IMG/VR virus record: IMGVR_UViG_2974528942_000001 | Coordinates: 11,381 to 75,380 of that record | Strand: one strand, 5' to 3' | DNA: 64,000 nucleotides | From: a virus | Taxonomy: Duplodnaviria > Caudoviricetes | The notes under the pieces: model-generated | What the model saw: the letters and a program-made list of their open reading frames with translations, nothing else | The model's database searches: none | What the model was told of the DNA's origin: nothing | Program-made: the position numbers and the translations under genes | In this document: positions 1 through 9,465 of the stretch, piece by piece | Layout of the letters: each line of letters starts with the position of its first letter | Position numbering within the stretch: the first letter of the stretch is position 1

Positions 1-1
1 C

Positions 2-1237
2 AAGAGCGAGTCGGGACTCACGCCTGCGCCCGATGTGCCGATCTTTGACGGCATCAAGAAGCGCGGCTCGATCTACAAGGTGCCGGTGGAGAACTCCTTG
101 TGGTACCCGCTGCTCATGCGCCACGGCAACTACTACGGCACTCGACTTCTTCGCACCGCGTTCCAGCCGTGGTTCTTCTCGAGCCTCATCCACCTGTACC
201 AGAACAAGTACTTCGAGCGCTTTGGCGAGCCGGTTCCGATCGGTCGTGCGCCCTACACTGACAAGGTGAAGGTCGGCAACAAGTCCGTTCACGGCTACGA
301 GCTGATGTCGAACATTCTCGCGAACATCAGGTCTCGATCCGCGGTGGTGCTGCCGAACTCGCGTAGCAAAGAGGGCATGAATGATCAGCCCGAGTTCGAT
401 TACCAGGTCGAGTACCTGGAGTCCCAGATGCGCGGAGCGGACTTCGAGCGCTACCTCACCCGCCTGGACGAGGAGATGAGCCTTGCACTCTTTACACCCC
501 TACTGCTGCTGCGGACTGCCGATGCAGGTGGATTCAACCAGGGGATCGCTCACACTCAGGTGTACCAATGGATGCTCAACGCAGTATCGGGCGACTGGGC
601 CGAGTATATCGACAAGTACGTTTTGCGGCCAATGGCTATCTATAACTTCGGGCCTAAGGCAAAACTTCCCCGAATCAAGTTCCGTAAGCTCGGTACCGCC
701 CAGCAGGAGACGCTGCGCGCCATCGTCCAGTCCCTGATCTCCAAGGATAAGGTGATGCCTGACATCGTCGAGCTTGGTCAGCACATCGGTCTCTCGCTAA
801 CCGAGGTCGAGGAAGTCATGGAGAAGAATCCCGACGACGCTGGCATTCACCCCGAGCAAGATGACGATCCGGACGCCGAAGGTGACCGTCGCAGCGGGCG
901 GCCGGAACGGCTCAAAGATGAAGACCTCAAGCCCGGTGCCACCACAAAGCAGATCACGCAGCGGATACACGAGCAGATCAATCGTGTGTACAAACTTGAT
1001 CTATTCAACGAGTGGACTCCTGCTCCGGGATTCAACAAGCAACTAGCCGCCGAACTACAAGCAAACGGCCACCCGGACGCACGGCGGGCGGCAACGGCGT
1101 TCACCGGCGCGGCCATCACCGCGATGACCGACGCAGCAAGACTGGGCACCAAAGTCTTCCCGACGCCGGACGCCATGAAGGACTACGCCACCAAGATTCT
1201 CGAGTCTGAAACGGAGAAGATGTATGCCTCTGCCTGA
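2..1237 (+). CDS. Portal protein, Mu gp29/DUF935-like (5' truncated by window edge)
   Basis: Frame is open from base 2. Sequence resembles the C-terminal half of Mu-type portals (RLDEEMSLALF...YIDKYVLRPMAIYNFG) and it is the first gene of the head module. Confidence 0.75.
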   Translation, partial: KSESGLTPAPDVPIFDGIKKRGSIYKVPVENSLWYPLLMRHGNYYGTRLLRTAFQPWFFSSLIHLYQNKYFERFGEPVPIGRAPYTDKVKVGNKSVHGYELMSNILANIRSRSAVVLPNSRSKEGMNDQPEFDYQVEYLESQMRGADFERYLTRLDEEMSLALFTPLLLLRTADAGGFNQGIAHTQVYQWMLNAVSGDWAEYIDKYVLRPMAIYNFGPKAKLPRIKFRKLGTAQQETLRAIVQSLISKDKVMPDIVELGQHIGLSLTEVEEVMEKNPDDAGIHPEQDDDPDAEGDRRSGRPERLKDEDLKPGATTKQITQRIHEQINRVYKLDLFNEWTPAPGFNKQLAAELQANGHPDARRAATAFTGAAITAMTDAARLGTKVFPTPDAMKDYATKILESETEKMYASA

Positions 1238-3617
1238 GATCGCACTCGATCCCACCGAGTACGGCACCGTCACCTGGACGGGCCTCATCTCCAGGATCGA
1301 CTCCGTGGTGGACCCTGATGACCTGCCCGACAAGTCCCCCGTCACCGGCAGTATCATCTTCAAGCCGAGCGCTGGCGCACTCAAGTTCCTCGGGGCCAGC
1401 CCCGTGTTCACGATGTTCTTGATCGACAGAACAGTGAACATCGTCGATGCGCAGGTTGATGAACAGGGTCGCAAGTATATCAAGCTCGAATCGAACTCTG
1501 CACACTCCACGCCGGAAGCGTTCACGTGGACTGCGGTGTTCAACCTCGAGTACGAGGGCAAGATCATACGGGTGCCGGATGCGAAGTTCTCCCTGCAGCC
1601 TGGACAGGTTCTCGATCTGTCGACTGTCATCTCGTCCGCCGAGGTTACCTACTACACGCCGATTCAGGTTTCAGCTGCGGTGGCTGCGCGCGAGGGTGCC
1701 GAGGCTGCGCGCGACGAGACGGTCACCATCAAGGACGAAGTCGTCGAAGCTGCCGAAACTGTCGATGCAAAGATCGGTGCCATCCCGATTACCGCCTTGC
1801 CGGAAGAAGTTTCGGACGCGCGGTACTCGCCGCGTATCCCGACCTATCAGGCGCAGCTGCTCGGCTCGGCAATGAAGAAGCTGCGCCTTGGGCAAAACGT
1901 CAAGATTGTCTGTCGTGGCGACTCGACTACCTACGGTCACGACACTGTCTCGTCTGATCGTGTTCCCGCGCCGGACGTCACCCTGCCTGATGGAACGAAG
2001 CCGATCTACACTCGGTCGCCAGTTCCATTCCCGCAGGCGATGGAGAACTTTCTGAATCAGACCTACGGCAACATCGTCACGGTCGAGAACCAGGGGCATT
2101 CCGGCGACTGGGTTCAGCGCGGTATGACCCGCTGGCTCAACAACGTTAACGCTGACATCACGGTGATCAGCTACGGAATCAACGATGCACTTTCGACTGG
2201 CGTGCCGGTGGAGTTGCGAGGCAACATCGCCGAGTACATCACCGCCACCGAGCAGATGATTCTTCGTGATCTTGCGTGGGGATCGGCGGTCGTTCTCATG
2301 GCGCCGATCCGCCAGCGCGGTCCTGTCGGAAGTCCCGACGTGGACGCTTACCGCAATGCGCTTCGTGGGTTGGCTGACTCGTACGGCATCCCACTGATCG
2401 AGACCGAGGAGTTCTTGATCACCGCGCCCTGGGATTGCTGGTCCGATGGCAATCACCTCAACACCAAGGGCAACGGGATCATGGGTGCGCGTCTCGCCGC
2501 ACTGTTCGTGGGAGAGGGTCCGCTTAAGAAGAACATTGTTGAGCCGGGGTCGAAGCTACTCGGGCGTCCGACTCTGGACAACCTGGTTCTTCGTGGCGCG
2601 ATCCAGACCAGCTCGTCCGGGTTCGGAACACCTCGCGACGAGGCCGCCATGGCGGCGGGAGTGGCGGTCGGGTTCCAGGGTGGTGGCACAGATGCACTCG
2701 ACGGCGTGGCGACGTGGTCGTTCTACACGGAGTCGCCCGACGTCGTACTCATTCCACTGTCGTACATCAACGGCAACCACGCAGGGGAGACCGGGGCGCA
2801 GATCTCCTACGAGCTTGACTTCGCTGTCGAGCAGGGGCAGAACTACAACGGCGAGGTCGTGAGCCCCGGCGTCGGCGGCAACGGAACACTGTCACCAAGT
2901 TGGAAGATACATGGACCGTATGCAACTGGTCAGGCCGCCAACTACATGAGCGATCCGTTGACGAACCCGCTGGCAATCAGGGTCTCGACTCCGGGCTGGC
3001 ATACGTTCCGAGCTATCTTCCATCGTACCGTCACTGCAGTAACCACAGTGACGCACATGGTCGAGGCGTTCGATTGGCGCACCTATCAGCAGATGCGCAA
3101 GCCTGTTGACTACACTCCGATCCTCACCGCACTCCAGGCTAAGCACATCGGCGTGCCGAACTCGCTTGATGAGTCTACCGACATACTCACAACGAAGGTG
3201 AACTGGCCCGCGCTGATCCAATCGCTTGGTGTTCCGAGCTGGACCAATCAGTACTACAAGGCGCCGATCCTCAAGATGACGGTTCGCACCTACGGCGTCG
3301 GTGTGGTTCAGTACGCATTCCTCGCGACCGTCCGCCCGGACCTGGCTGGTGCCGATGTGGCGCAACGAGCGGTGGATGCTTATGGAGCATCGGAGCCTTC
3401 GTCTGGGATTGCATTCGTACGCAAGCTCGGCGCAGGGTTCTCTACTCTGTCCACAGGCAACCCACCAGAGACCAATCCACTGGGTCGTGAGCTTGCGTAC
3501 ATCGCTTACGAAGCGGCAACGCAATCGCTGGTGTTCACCTGGCGTACCGTCAACTCGGGAGACTCCACAGCAAAGAACATGAAGAAGAACTTCGTGCTTG
3601 ACTTCACGTTGTTCTGA
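1224..3617 (+). CDS. Virion-associated/minor tail protein with SGNH (GDSL) hydrolase domain
   Basis: All four SGNH blocks are present: GDSTT, GHSG, GINDA, DGNH. The N-terminus resembles actinophage tail-anchoring domains. Confidence 0.7.
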   Translation: MPLPEIALDPTEYGTVTWTGLISRIDSVVDPDDLPDKSPVTGSIIFKPSAGALKFLGASPVFTMFLIDRTVNIVDAQVDEQGRKYIKLESNSAHSTPEAFTWTAVFNLEYEGKIIRVPDAKFSLQPGQVLDLSTVISSAEVTYYTPIQVSAAVAAREGAEAARDETVTIKDEVVEAAETVDAKIGAIPITALPEEVSDARYSPRIPTYQAQLLGSAMKKLRLGQNVKIVCRGDSTTYGHDTVSSDRVPAPDVTLPDGTKPIYTRSPVPFPQAMENFLNQTYGNIVTVENQGHSGDWVQRGMTRWLNNVNADITVISYGINDALSTGVPVELRGNIAEYITATEQMILRDLAWGSAVVLMAPIRQRGPVGSPDVDAYRNALRGLADSYGIPLIETEEFLITAPWDCWSDGNHLNTKGNGIMGARLAALFVGEGPLKKNIVEPGSKLLGRPTLDNLVLRGAIQTSSSGFGTPRDEAAMAAGVAVGFQGGGTDALDGVATWSFYTESPDVVLIPLSYINGNHAGETGAQISYELDFAVEQGQNYNGEVVSPGVGGNGTLSPSWKIHGPYATGQAANYMSDPLTNPLAIRVSTPGWHTFRAIFHRTVTAVTTVTHMVEAFDWRTYQQMRKPVDYTPILTALQAKHIGVPNSLDESTDILTTKVNWPALIQSLGVPSWTNQYYKAPILKMTVRTYGVGVVQYAFLATVRPDLAGADVAQRAVDAYGASEPSSGIAFVRKLGAGFSTLSTGNPPETNPLGRELAYIAYEAATQSLVFTWRTVNSGDSTAKNMKKNFVLDFTLF

Positions 3618-3640
3618 TCAGCGTCAATAGAGAGGGTGAC

Positions 3641-3949
3641 ATGAGCACCACGGCAACACAGCACGAACTGAGATGTGACTGTTCAAGTCATAGGCTGCTT
3701 GCGCATTACGGGGTGGACGAGAACGGTAAGCTGTATGTTCTCGTCGCCTCGTTCCGCAACCGCAAACCAACCACCAAGATCTTCAGCAATCACTCCATGA
3801 AGATATTTTGCCCTTCGTGTGAGCGCTGGTTCTCCGTGGTGATCAACAACCAGGAGATTTCCAAGCAGGAGATGCGACTACCTCCGGCACTGCCGGGGGA
3901 GCGAGTAATGAAAAGAGTAGTGCTGGACAATGGCAAACCGAGGCTGTAG
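3641..3949 (+). CDS. Small zinc-ribbon protein (Mu Com-like pattern)
   Basis: RBS GAGAGGG; motifs LRCDC..HRLL and IFCPSCERW. Confidence 0.55.
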   Translation: MSTTATQHELRCDCSSHRLLAHYGVDENGKLYVLVASFRNRKPTTKIFSNHSMKIFCPSCERWFSVVINNQEISKQEMRLPPALPGERVMKRVVLDNGKPRL

Positions 3950-3957
3950 GGTACGGT
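3924..3957 (+). promoter_or_regulatory. Possible SigA-type promoter for the capsid operon (near-leaderless)
   Basis: TGGACA-17-TAGGGT, plus an alternative -10 TACGGT 5 nt before ATG 3963; no SD upstream of that ATG. Confidence 0.3.
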
Positions 3958-3962
3958 GAATT

Positions 3963-5174
3963 ATGGGCCAAGATACGATGACCACCGAGCAGGTGCGTAA
4001 CTGCGTCTTCGTTCGGAACCTGGGACCAGGGTCGGGGCTCTTCGAGAAGAAGCGCCAAGATGGTCAGACGTCGTTGATCATCGAGGGCAAGCCGATCTTC
4101 CGTAGCGGCAACTTCGAGGACAGCAACGGGTTCGCTCACGAGTGGGAAACGCTGCACATGCAGCAGATGTGCGACCACTACACACTCCTGAAGGATCGCG
4201 AGATATTCGCGGACATTCCCGTTCGCAAAGGCCACGTCGACTGGGGTGGCATCTTCAGTGATCCCGTTCGCAACGCGATGGACGAGCTCATCGGGTACAT
4301 GACGAACTTCCGCACGGAGGATCGCAAGAACCCGACCGATGGTCAGACGTACACCTACCTCCTCGCAGACCTCGAGATCCTCGAGGAGACCGCGATCAAG
4401 AACATCAAGAGCGGTCTGTGGAGGAACGTCTCCGCTGAGATCAGTGGATACCGCACCAACGCTGGGGCAGAGTACTGGCCCGTGATGATGGGCGTGGCCT
4501 ACGTGGACATGCCCGCAGTCGAGGGACTCAAGTCCCAGCATTCCAAGGCAAAGAACAATTTCAGTCTGATCCTGGAGGACGACATGAACACGCAGAACGG
4601 CAACACCGATCAGCAGCAGGCCGCTCCCCCGGCACCGCCCGCCGCGCCCGCAGCTCCGGCCGTCCCGCAGAATTTCCAGCAGCCCGCCGCACCGGCGACT
4701 CCGTTCCAGTTCAAGATCGCCGGCAAGGACAGCAGCGATTACGCCGCGGTCCAGGCGCACATCGCCAGCCTCGAGTCGCGCAACGAGACCCTCGAGACCG
4801 CACACCGCGAACAGTTCCAGGCCAGCAAGGCCGCGTTCGTGAAGTCGCTGGTGGACACCAACAAGCTCCCCGCGCCCTCGCAGGACGACACCCTGGAGTA
4901 CGCGAAGGATCTCGACGAGACCCAGTTCGCCTCCTGGAAGAAGATGATGGAAGGGCTGCCCGTCATCGGCATCACCGGCCAGCAGGGAGCGGGGTTCAGC
5001 CAGAGCCACGAGCAGGTCCAGCAGGGAGATCAGACCCAGGACAAGATCGCTTCCCTGAAGGGCATCATCTCGATGCACCAGTCGGGCGGCATGTCTCGCG
5101 ATGCGATCATCGAGACGCCGACCTACAAGGAACTGATCATGCTCGACAAGAACTACACGCTGCCCACGTTCTAG
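3963..5174 (+). CDS. Capsid maturation protease/scaffold fusion (Mu gpI-like)
   Basis: Protease-like N-domain (RNVSAEI, GVAYVDMPAVEGL), Pro/Ala/Gln linker and helical C-domain; lies between portal and capsid genes. Confidence 0.75.
   Translation: MGQDTMTTEQVRNCVFVRNLGPGSGLFEKKRQDGQTSLIIEGKPIFRSGNFEDSNGFAHEWETLHMQQMCDHYTLLKDREIFADIPVRKGHVDWGGIFSDPVRNAMDELIGYMTNFRTEDRKNPTDGQTYTYLLADLEILEETAIKNIKSGLWRNVSAEISGYRTNAGAEYWPVMMGVAYVDMPAVEGLKSQHSKAKNNFSLILEDDMNTQNGNTDQQQAAPPAPPAAPAAPAVPQNFQQPAAPATPFQFKIAGKDSSDYAAVQAHIASLESRNETLETAHREQFQASKAAFVKSLVDTNKLPAPSQDDTLEYAKDLDETQFASWKKMMEGLPVIGITGQQGAGFSQSHEQVQQGDQTQDKIASLKGIISMHQSGGMSRDAIIETPTYKELIMLDKNYTLPTF
4584..5174 (+). CDS. Putative nested scaffolding protein (internal in-frame start)
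   Basis: GGAGG-5nt-ATG at 4574-4586, in frame, exactly at the protease/linker boundary. Confidence 0.5.
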   Translation: MNTQNGNTDQQQAAPPAPPAAPAAPAVPQNFQQPAAPATPFQFKIAGKDSSDYAAVQAHIASLESRNETLETAHREQFQASKAAFVKSLVDTNKLPAPSQDDTLEYAKDLDETQFASWKKMMEGLPVIGITGQQGAGFSQSHEQVQQGDQTQDKIASLKGIISMHQSGGMSRDAIIETPTYKELIMLDKNYTLPTF

Positions 5175-5217
5175 TCCGTCCCCGTCACCCGACGAATCAA
5201 CAGAAGGAAGAATCACA

Positions 5218-5685
5218 ATGGCTGACTTCGTGAGTGGTCGCGAGGACTACGCGACTCACGGCAAGCGACAGATCCTCCGGCACGCACACCCAGGCTCGTA
5301 CAACGTCCAGTCCAAGACCGTCTCGCACGCCGAGTTCCCCACCGAGGAGATCGACGGCCACGAGCAGAAGGTCCTGAACGAGGGCGAGGTGCTGGTGGCC
5401 CTGACCTCCGGCCCGCAGGCGGGCAAGTGCGTTCCGTTCCAGCTCGATCCGGCAACTCCTTTCACCGACGGTCGGTCCACTCTGGCCAACGTCGTCGGCG
5501 TGAACAAGGACTACTTCGGTGCGCAGCTGATGGACCGTGACGTGGAGACCGGCAACCTCGTTCACGGGCACCTGGTCCAGGCTTGGTGCACGATCCGCAA
5601 TGCAGACGGCGAGCGGGTGGCGTTGCCCAACAACGTCGCCGATGCGCTGCGCGCCAAGAAGAACCTCCAGATCCAGTTCTCGTAA
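5218..5685 (+). CDS. Head decoration protein
   Basis: 155 aa immediately upstream of the major capsid gene, strong RBS, GC3-rich codons. Confidence 0.65.
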   Translation: MADFVSGREDYATHGKRQILRHAHPGSYNVQSKTVSHAEFPTEEIDGHEQKVLNEGEVLVALTSGPQAGKCVPFQLDPATPFTDGRSTLANVVGVNKDYFGAQLMDRDVETGNLVHGHLVQAWCTIRNADGERVALPNNVADALRAKKNLQIQFS

Positions 5686-5697
5686 GGAGAGACGACC

Positions 5698-6912
5698 GTG
5701 ACCATCCAACTGTCGGCATTCAACAAGCCGACTCAGCTCCCCGACGGCCGCTTCGTCGTCAATCAGCCGCTGGATCGCCTCGTCCGCAAGGAGGTGATGC
5801 TCGGTGTCATCCGCGAGATCGTCAAGCCCGAGGATCATCTGGGCCTCCAGCTGTTCCCCTTCTACAACGTGCCGAGCGATGACTACATCTTCTCGTACGT
5901 CAAGGGCCTGACCACCGGCCTGGCCCCGGCCATCGCCGAGTCGGCCGAATCGGAACTGGCTCAGAAGGATTCGGGCCTGTCCGGACAGGGCCGCGCGTCG
6001 CTCATCGACTGGCGGCTCAAGGATCACTACGACGCGGGCGATGTCCAGCGGTTCGTGGACATCCAGATGCTCGCCGAGTCCGGCGCGCTCGGTCCCGGCG
6101 GTTTGCCCAGTTCGCTGCAGGGTGACCTCAATCAGTTCCCCGAGCGGGTGGCACGAGACACCGTCGAGCGTCGGCGTCGCCTCGACAACCGAATGGAATG
6201 GCTGCACATGCAGTCCATCTCCAACGGCGGTGTCGCCTACAACGACGGTAACATCAGCTTCGCTGTCGACTGGAAGCGACCCGCCGACCAGCACGCGCAG
6301 GCGCCGCTGGCCTCGCCGGACAACCGCTACGACATCGACACGCACGACCCGATCAACGACATCAACAAGATCAAGCGACTCATGTATGACCGCTACGGCG
6401 TCATCATGGACCGCGCGATCGTCTCGAACAAGTTCCTGCTGTCACTGATCAACTCGAGCAAGTTCATCGTCCGCGCGGGCATGGGAGTCGCCGGCTCGAC
6501 CGGAGCGCCCGAGGCCTCGGACCTGCCCTACGTCGTCAACAACTGGGGACCGCAGGTCGCCATCGACCTCGTCAAGGCGCAGACCGGTATCGAGTTCATC
6601 GAGTACGACTCGGGCTACCGCAGCAAGAACCCCTTCGATCCCTACGGTGCGGTGACCTTCAACCGCTACCTGCCGGAGAACCGGGTCATCTTCCTGCCGT
6701 CGGAGGCCAGCATCCGCGAGTACGACTCGAGCCCGATCGGGTTCGGCAAGATGATGACCTCGCCGCACACCATGGGTGGAAACGCACCCGGCTTCTACGA
6801 CTGGGAGCAGGAGACCACCGATCCCTGGGGCCGCAACATCGGCACCGGCATCAAGGCCTTCCCGCTGTTCCCGCACATGGAGCTGTCCTACACCATGGAC
6901 GTGGTTCTGTAA
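5698..6912 (+). CDS. Major capsid protein (lambda gpE/Mu T-like)
   Basis: 404 aa, GTG start with AGGAG, strong codon bias, HK97-fold-like sequence (RRRLDNRMEW, DPINDI). Confidence 0.85.
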   Translation: MTIQLSAFNKPTQLPDGRFVVNQPLDRLVRKEVMLGVIREIVKPEDHLGLQLFPFYNVPSDDYIFSYVKGLTTGLAPAIAESAESELAQKDSGLSGQGRASLIDWRLKDHYDAGDVQRFVDIQMLAESGALGPGGLPSSLQGDLNQFPERVARDTVERRRRLDNRMEWLHMQSISNGGVAYNDGNISFAVDWKRPADQHAQAPLASPDNRYDIDTHDPINDINKIKRLMYDRYGVIMDRAIVSNKFLLSLINSSKFIVRAGMGVAGSTGAPEASDLPYVVNNWGPQVAIDLVKAQTGIEFIEYDSGYRSKNPFDPYGAVTFNRYLPENRVIFLPSEASIREYDSSPIGFGKMMTSPHTMGGNAPGFYDWEQETTDPWGRNIGTGIKAFPLFPHMELSYTMDVVL

Positions 6913-6949
6913 TCTTTCCGGAGACGTTCGGAAGGGAAGGAGATCGGAC

Positions 6950-7141
6950 ATGGCCAGCGGAAGCACGGTCGTTCTGAAGAAGAAAGGTGATCGGGGTGGG
7001 GTTCTCCCGGGCAGCGGAAACGGTGCCGGGAAGCTTCCCTACAACGCGATCACCGGTGGTCAGTCCGGAGCGAATCCGGTCCAGACCCGAGCCAACATGC
7101 AGGGGCACCTGCGTCGCGTGATCGGGTACGGACAGCACTGA
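6950..7141 (+). CDS. Small basic Gly-rich hypothetical protein (63 aa)
   Basis: GGAAGGAG RBS before ATG 6950; MASGSTVVLKKKGDRGG... Confidence 0.65.
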   Translation: MASGSTVVLKKKGDRGGVLPGSGNGAGKLPYNAITGGQSGANPVQTRANMQGHLRRVIGYGQH

Positions 7142-7149
7142 CCCCCATT

Positions 7150-7194
7150 CGTCCCTGGCACGGGCTGACCCCCTTGCCGCCCGTGCCAGGGACG
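7150..7194 (+). terminator. 16-bp perfect hairpin (terminator or mRNA-stabilising stem)
   Basis: CGTCCCTGGCACGGGC / GCCCGTGCCAGGGACG with a 13-nt loop; no clear U-tract. Confidence 0.55.
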
Positions 7195-7228
7195 CACCAC
7201 ACTTCGAGCTTTGAGAGGAGGAAACACA

Positions 7229-7519
7229 ATGGCAGATGACACCAAGTCCGGAGTCCTCGAGGGCGACGAGACCTTCGTCGGCGTCGATCCGATCTACGCG
7301 AACGCAGCGGTTGCGACCGATGCCCCGCAGTATCCGGAGGGCGACCCCGACGAGCTCGAGAAGTACGAACGCTTCAGCGAGGTGCCGGAACCGGAGACGG
7401 TCAGCAACTACGCCTCCAAGAAGAAGGCCGAGCCGAAGTCGGAGGCCAAGGAAGAGGAGCCGGTCCAGGAGACCAAGCCCTCGACCCCGCCGCCCCCGCC
7501 CGCCGCGCCGCAGAAGTAG
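7229..7519 (+). CDS. Acidic/Pro-rich hypothetical virion protein (96 aa)
   Basis: GAGGAGG RBS before ATG 7229. Confidence 0.7.
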   Translation: MADDTKSGVLEGDETFVGVDPIYANAAVATDAPQYPEGDPDELEKYERFSEVPEPETVSNYASKKKAEPKSEAKEEEPVQETKPSTPPPPPAAPQK

Positions 7520-7528
7520 GAGACCAAG

Positions 7529-8029
7529 ATGGCCCGTCCAGCTTACACCGACGAGGATTCAGTCAAGACTCACCTTCGTAACGTTCGCCTCCAGGCGGGC
7601 GTCACGTACGAGGGCATGATCGAAGCCGCGTCGAACGAGGTGGACGGGCATCTTGGTACCCGCTACAAGACTCCCATCGACGTTACGGTCTCGGACCCCA
7701 GTCAGACCACCGCCGCCTACTGGCTGAGTAACGTCACTTCCATGATCGCAGCAGGTCGCTACCTCATGGCGACCAGCGCGGGTGGATCGCACGACTCGAC
7801 TCATAACTACGGCAGCTATCTCGTTGGTACTGCCATGGCACTCATTCGCTCCGTCCAGAGTGGCAAGACAGATCTCTCCGGGATCGAGACACTCGATGGC
7901 GTTGAGCAGGGGCCAATCATCATCAACCAAGATGCATACTCGCAGGTTGATCTGTTCTACGACAACATGCACCCGGAAGGTTTCATGCCAGGCCGAACAA
8001 CTCGGGGTGACGCGCCGTGGCCGAGGTAA
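7529..8029 (+). CDS. Head-to-tail adaptor (Mu gp36/DUF1320-like)
   Basis: IEAASNEVDGHLGTRYKTP motif; position in the neck module. Confidence 0.7.
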   Translation: MARPAYTDEDSVKTHLRNVRLQAGVTYEGMIEAASNEVDGHLGTRYKTPIDVTVSDPSQTTAAYWLSNVTSMIAAGRYLMATSAGGSHDSTHNYGSYLVGTAMALIRSVQSGKTDLSGIETLDGVEQGPIIINQDAYSQVDLFYDNMHPEGFMPGRTTRGDAPWPR

Positions 8030-8529
8030 GTTATACGGTTGAAACGAAGCGAGTCCAGCTCCGCATTCGTGCGATCGAGCAGCGCATTAATGCTTCGGGC
8101 ATGGCGGCATTCTTCATGAGCGTCGGCACCAACTACCTTCAGGGTCGAGCATCGGAACGCTTTGCAGCACAGGGTGACGACGCATCGGGTAAGTGGCAAC
8201 CGCTATCTCCGCACACAGTTCGTGACAAGGTGCAGGCCGGACTCGATCCGCGGATCAACATTCGCACTGGTGCGATGAAGTCCTATATCGAGGATGCCCC
8301 AGGTTACATCATCGGAGGCGGAGCCAGGGGCACCTCATTCGGCTGGCCGCGCGCGTCTCCGTCTAAGGACATTCAAGATCGAATCCGACTTGCGCAGTTT
8401 GGCAGCGCATCCCTCGGTCTCGATCGAGGTGATGCACGAGATGTTCCAGCCCGCCCGGTGATTGCAGCTGATGCGAGTGACATGATGACACTCGCCAAGC
8501 TGCTGGACTCGTACATCGGGAGCGTCTAG
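8017..8529 (+). CDS. Virion morphogenesis/neck protein (Mu gpG/P2 S-like)
   Basis: RFAAQGDDASGKWQPLSPHT..K and RTGAM motifs. Confidence 0.7.
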   Translation: MAEVSYTVETKRVQLRIRAIEQRINASGMAAFFMSVGTNYLQGRASERFAAQGDDASGKWQPLSPHTVRDKVQAGLDPRINIRTGAMKSYIEDAPGYIIGGGARGTSFGWPRASPSKDIQDRIRLAQFGSASLGLDRGDARDVPARPVIAADASDMMTLAKLLDSYIGSV

Positions 8530-9020
8530 TGCCTTCAATCGAAGACCCCGGGGATACCTTCTTCCCGTACAACGCTATCAGGGTTATCGAGCTTCGTATC
8601 GCTGATCTCGTTGCTCCAGACTTGAACTTCCAGCGTCGTCGTGTGCATCAGGGTGATCCCGACCAGACGGTTGCCACTGTCCCGGTTGACGCCCAGGTCT
8701 CCAACAGGGAGATCGGGCGTGTCGGACCTTCGACTACCGAGTACACGATCTACATTCAGAGCCTCATCATTGATTCGGACATCGAGCGGGGTTTGAGAAC
8801 CCATTCGTTTTTCGCAAAGAAGTTGAGGGATGTGCTTGCATGGGATCGTCTCCTGCATGTAGCATTGGGCCAATTGACCTCAGTGATGGGTCCAGTGACA
8901 GAGTCGACCACTGAGGTCAGGATCGGCGGCCAGCTGTTCCACAACGTCGAGGACAACGGAGCCATGAACTGGCTCAGCACAGCGGACTTGACAATCATCA
9001 CCGAACAGAGATCAAGCTAA
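8529..9020 (+). CDS. Putative tail terminator/tail completion protein
   Basis: 163 aa, synteny upstream of the major tail gene. Confidence 0.5.
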   Translation: MPSIEDPGDTFFPYNAIRVIELRIADLVAPDLNFQRRRVHQGDPDQTVATVPVDAQVSNREIGRVGPSTTEYTIYIQSLIIDSDIERGLRTHSFFAKKLRDVLAWDRLLHVALGQLTSVMGPVTESTTEVRIGGQLFHNVEDNGAMNWLSTADLTIITEQRSS

Positions 9021-9033
9021 CAAAGGGAGAATC

Positions 9034-9462
9034 ATGCCCAGCGTAGACGAACTGCGGGAACAGGTTCGGGCACGTCGCCAGGAACTTCGTGACGCAACAC
9101 GTGAGCGCCAGGAGCTCGAAATCGAGAAGTCCGCCGACGTTCAGAAGGCAGCCCTCGAACGCGAGCTCGCTTCGCTCGAGACCGACATCGCGTACGAGGA
9201 AGCAGCCAAGATCCTCATCGAGCGCGCCGACGAGTTCAACAAGCCCGCGTCCGACGTGGCAGTCGGAGGCATGGAGCCCAAGGGCTCTCCGGCCTCGACC
9301 AAGCCGGCCGACAGCACTCCGTCCGCAGACAGCACTCCTGCTGCGCCGACGGTACCGGACAAGACCGACGACACGGACAAGGCCGACGACACGGACCCGC
9401 TCGCCAGCCTCAACCTGCCGGGCGACTCGTCGGACGACGACGACCAGAAGGAAGGCAAGTAA
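9034..9462 (+). CDS. Hypothetical protein (coiled coil plus acidic low-complexity tail)
   Basis: AAAGGGAG RBS; heptad-rich N-terminus. Confidence 0.7.
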   Translation: MPSVDELREQVRARRQELRDATRERQELEIEKSADVQKAALERELASLETDIAYEEAAKILIERADEFNKPASDVAVGGMEPKGSPASTKPADSTPSADSTPAAPTVPDKTDDTDKADDTDPLASLNLPGDSSDDDDQKEGK

Positions 9463-9465
9463 GTC

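Noticed and set aside
9290-9400. Short direct repeats in the 142-aa tail-region gene
   Set aside because: They encode a low-complexity linker (PADST, DKTDDT); no sign of a separate element.
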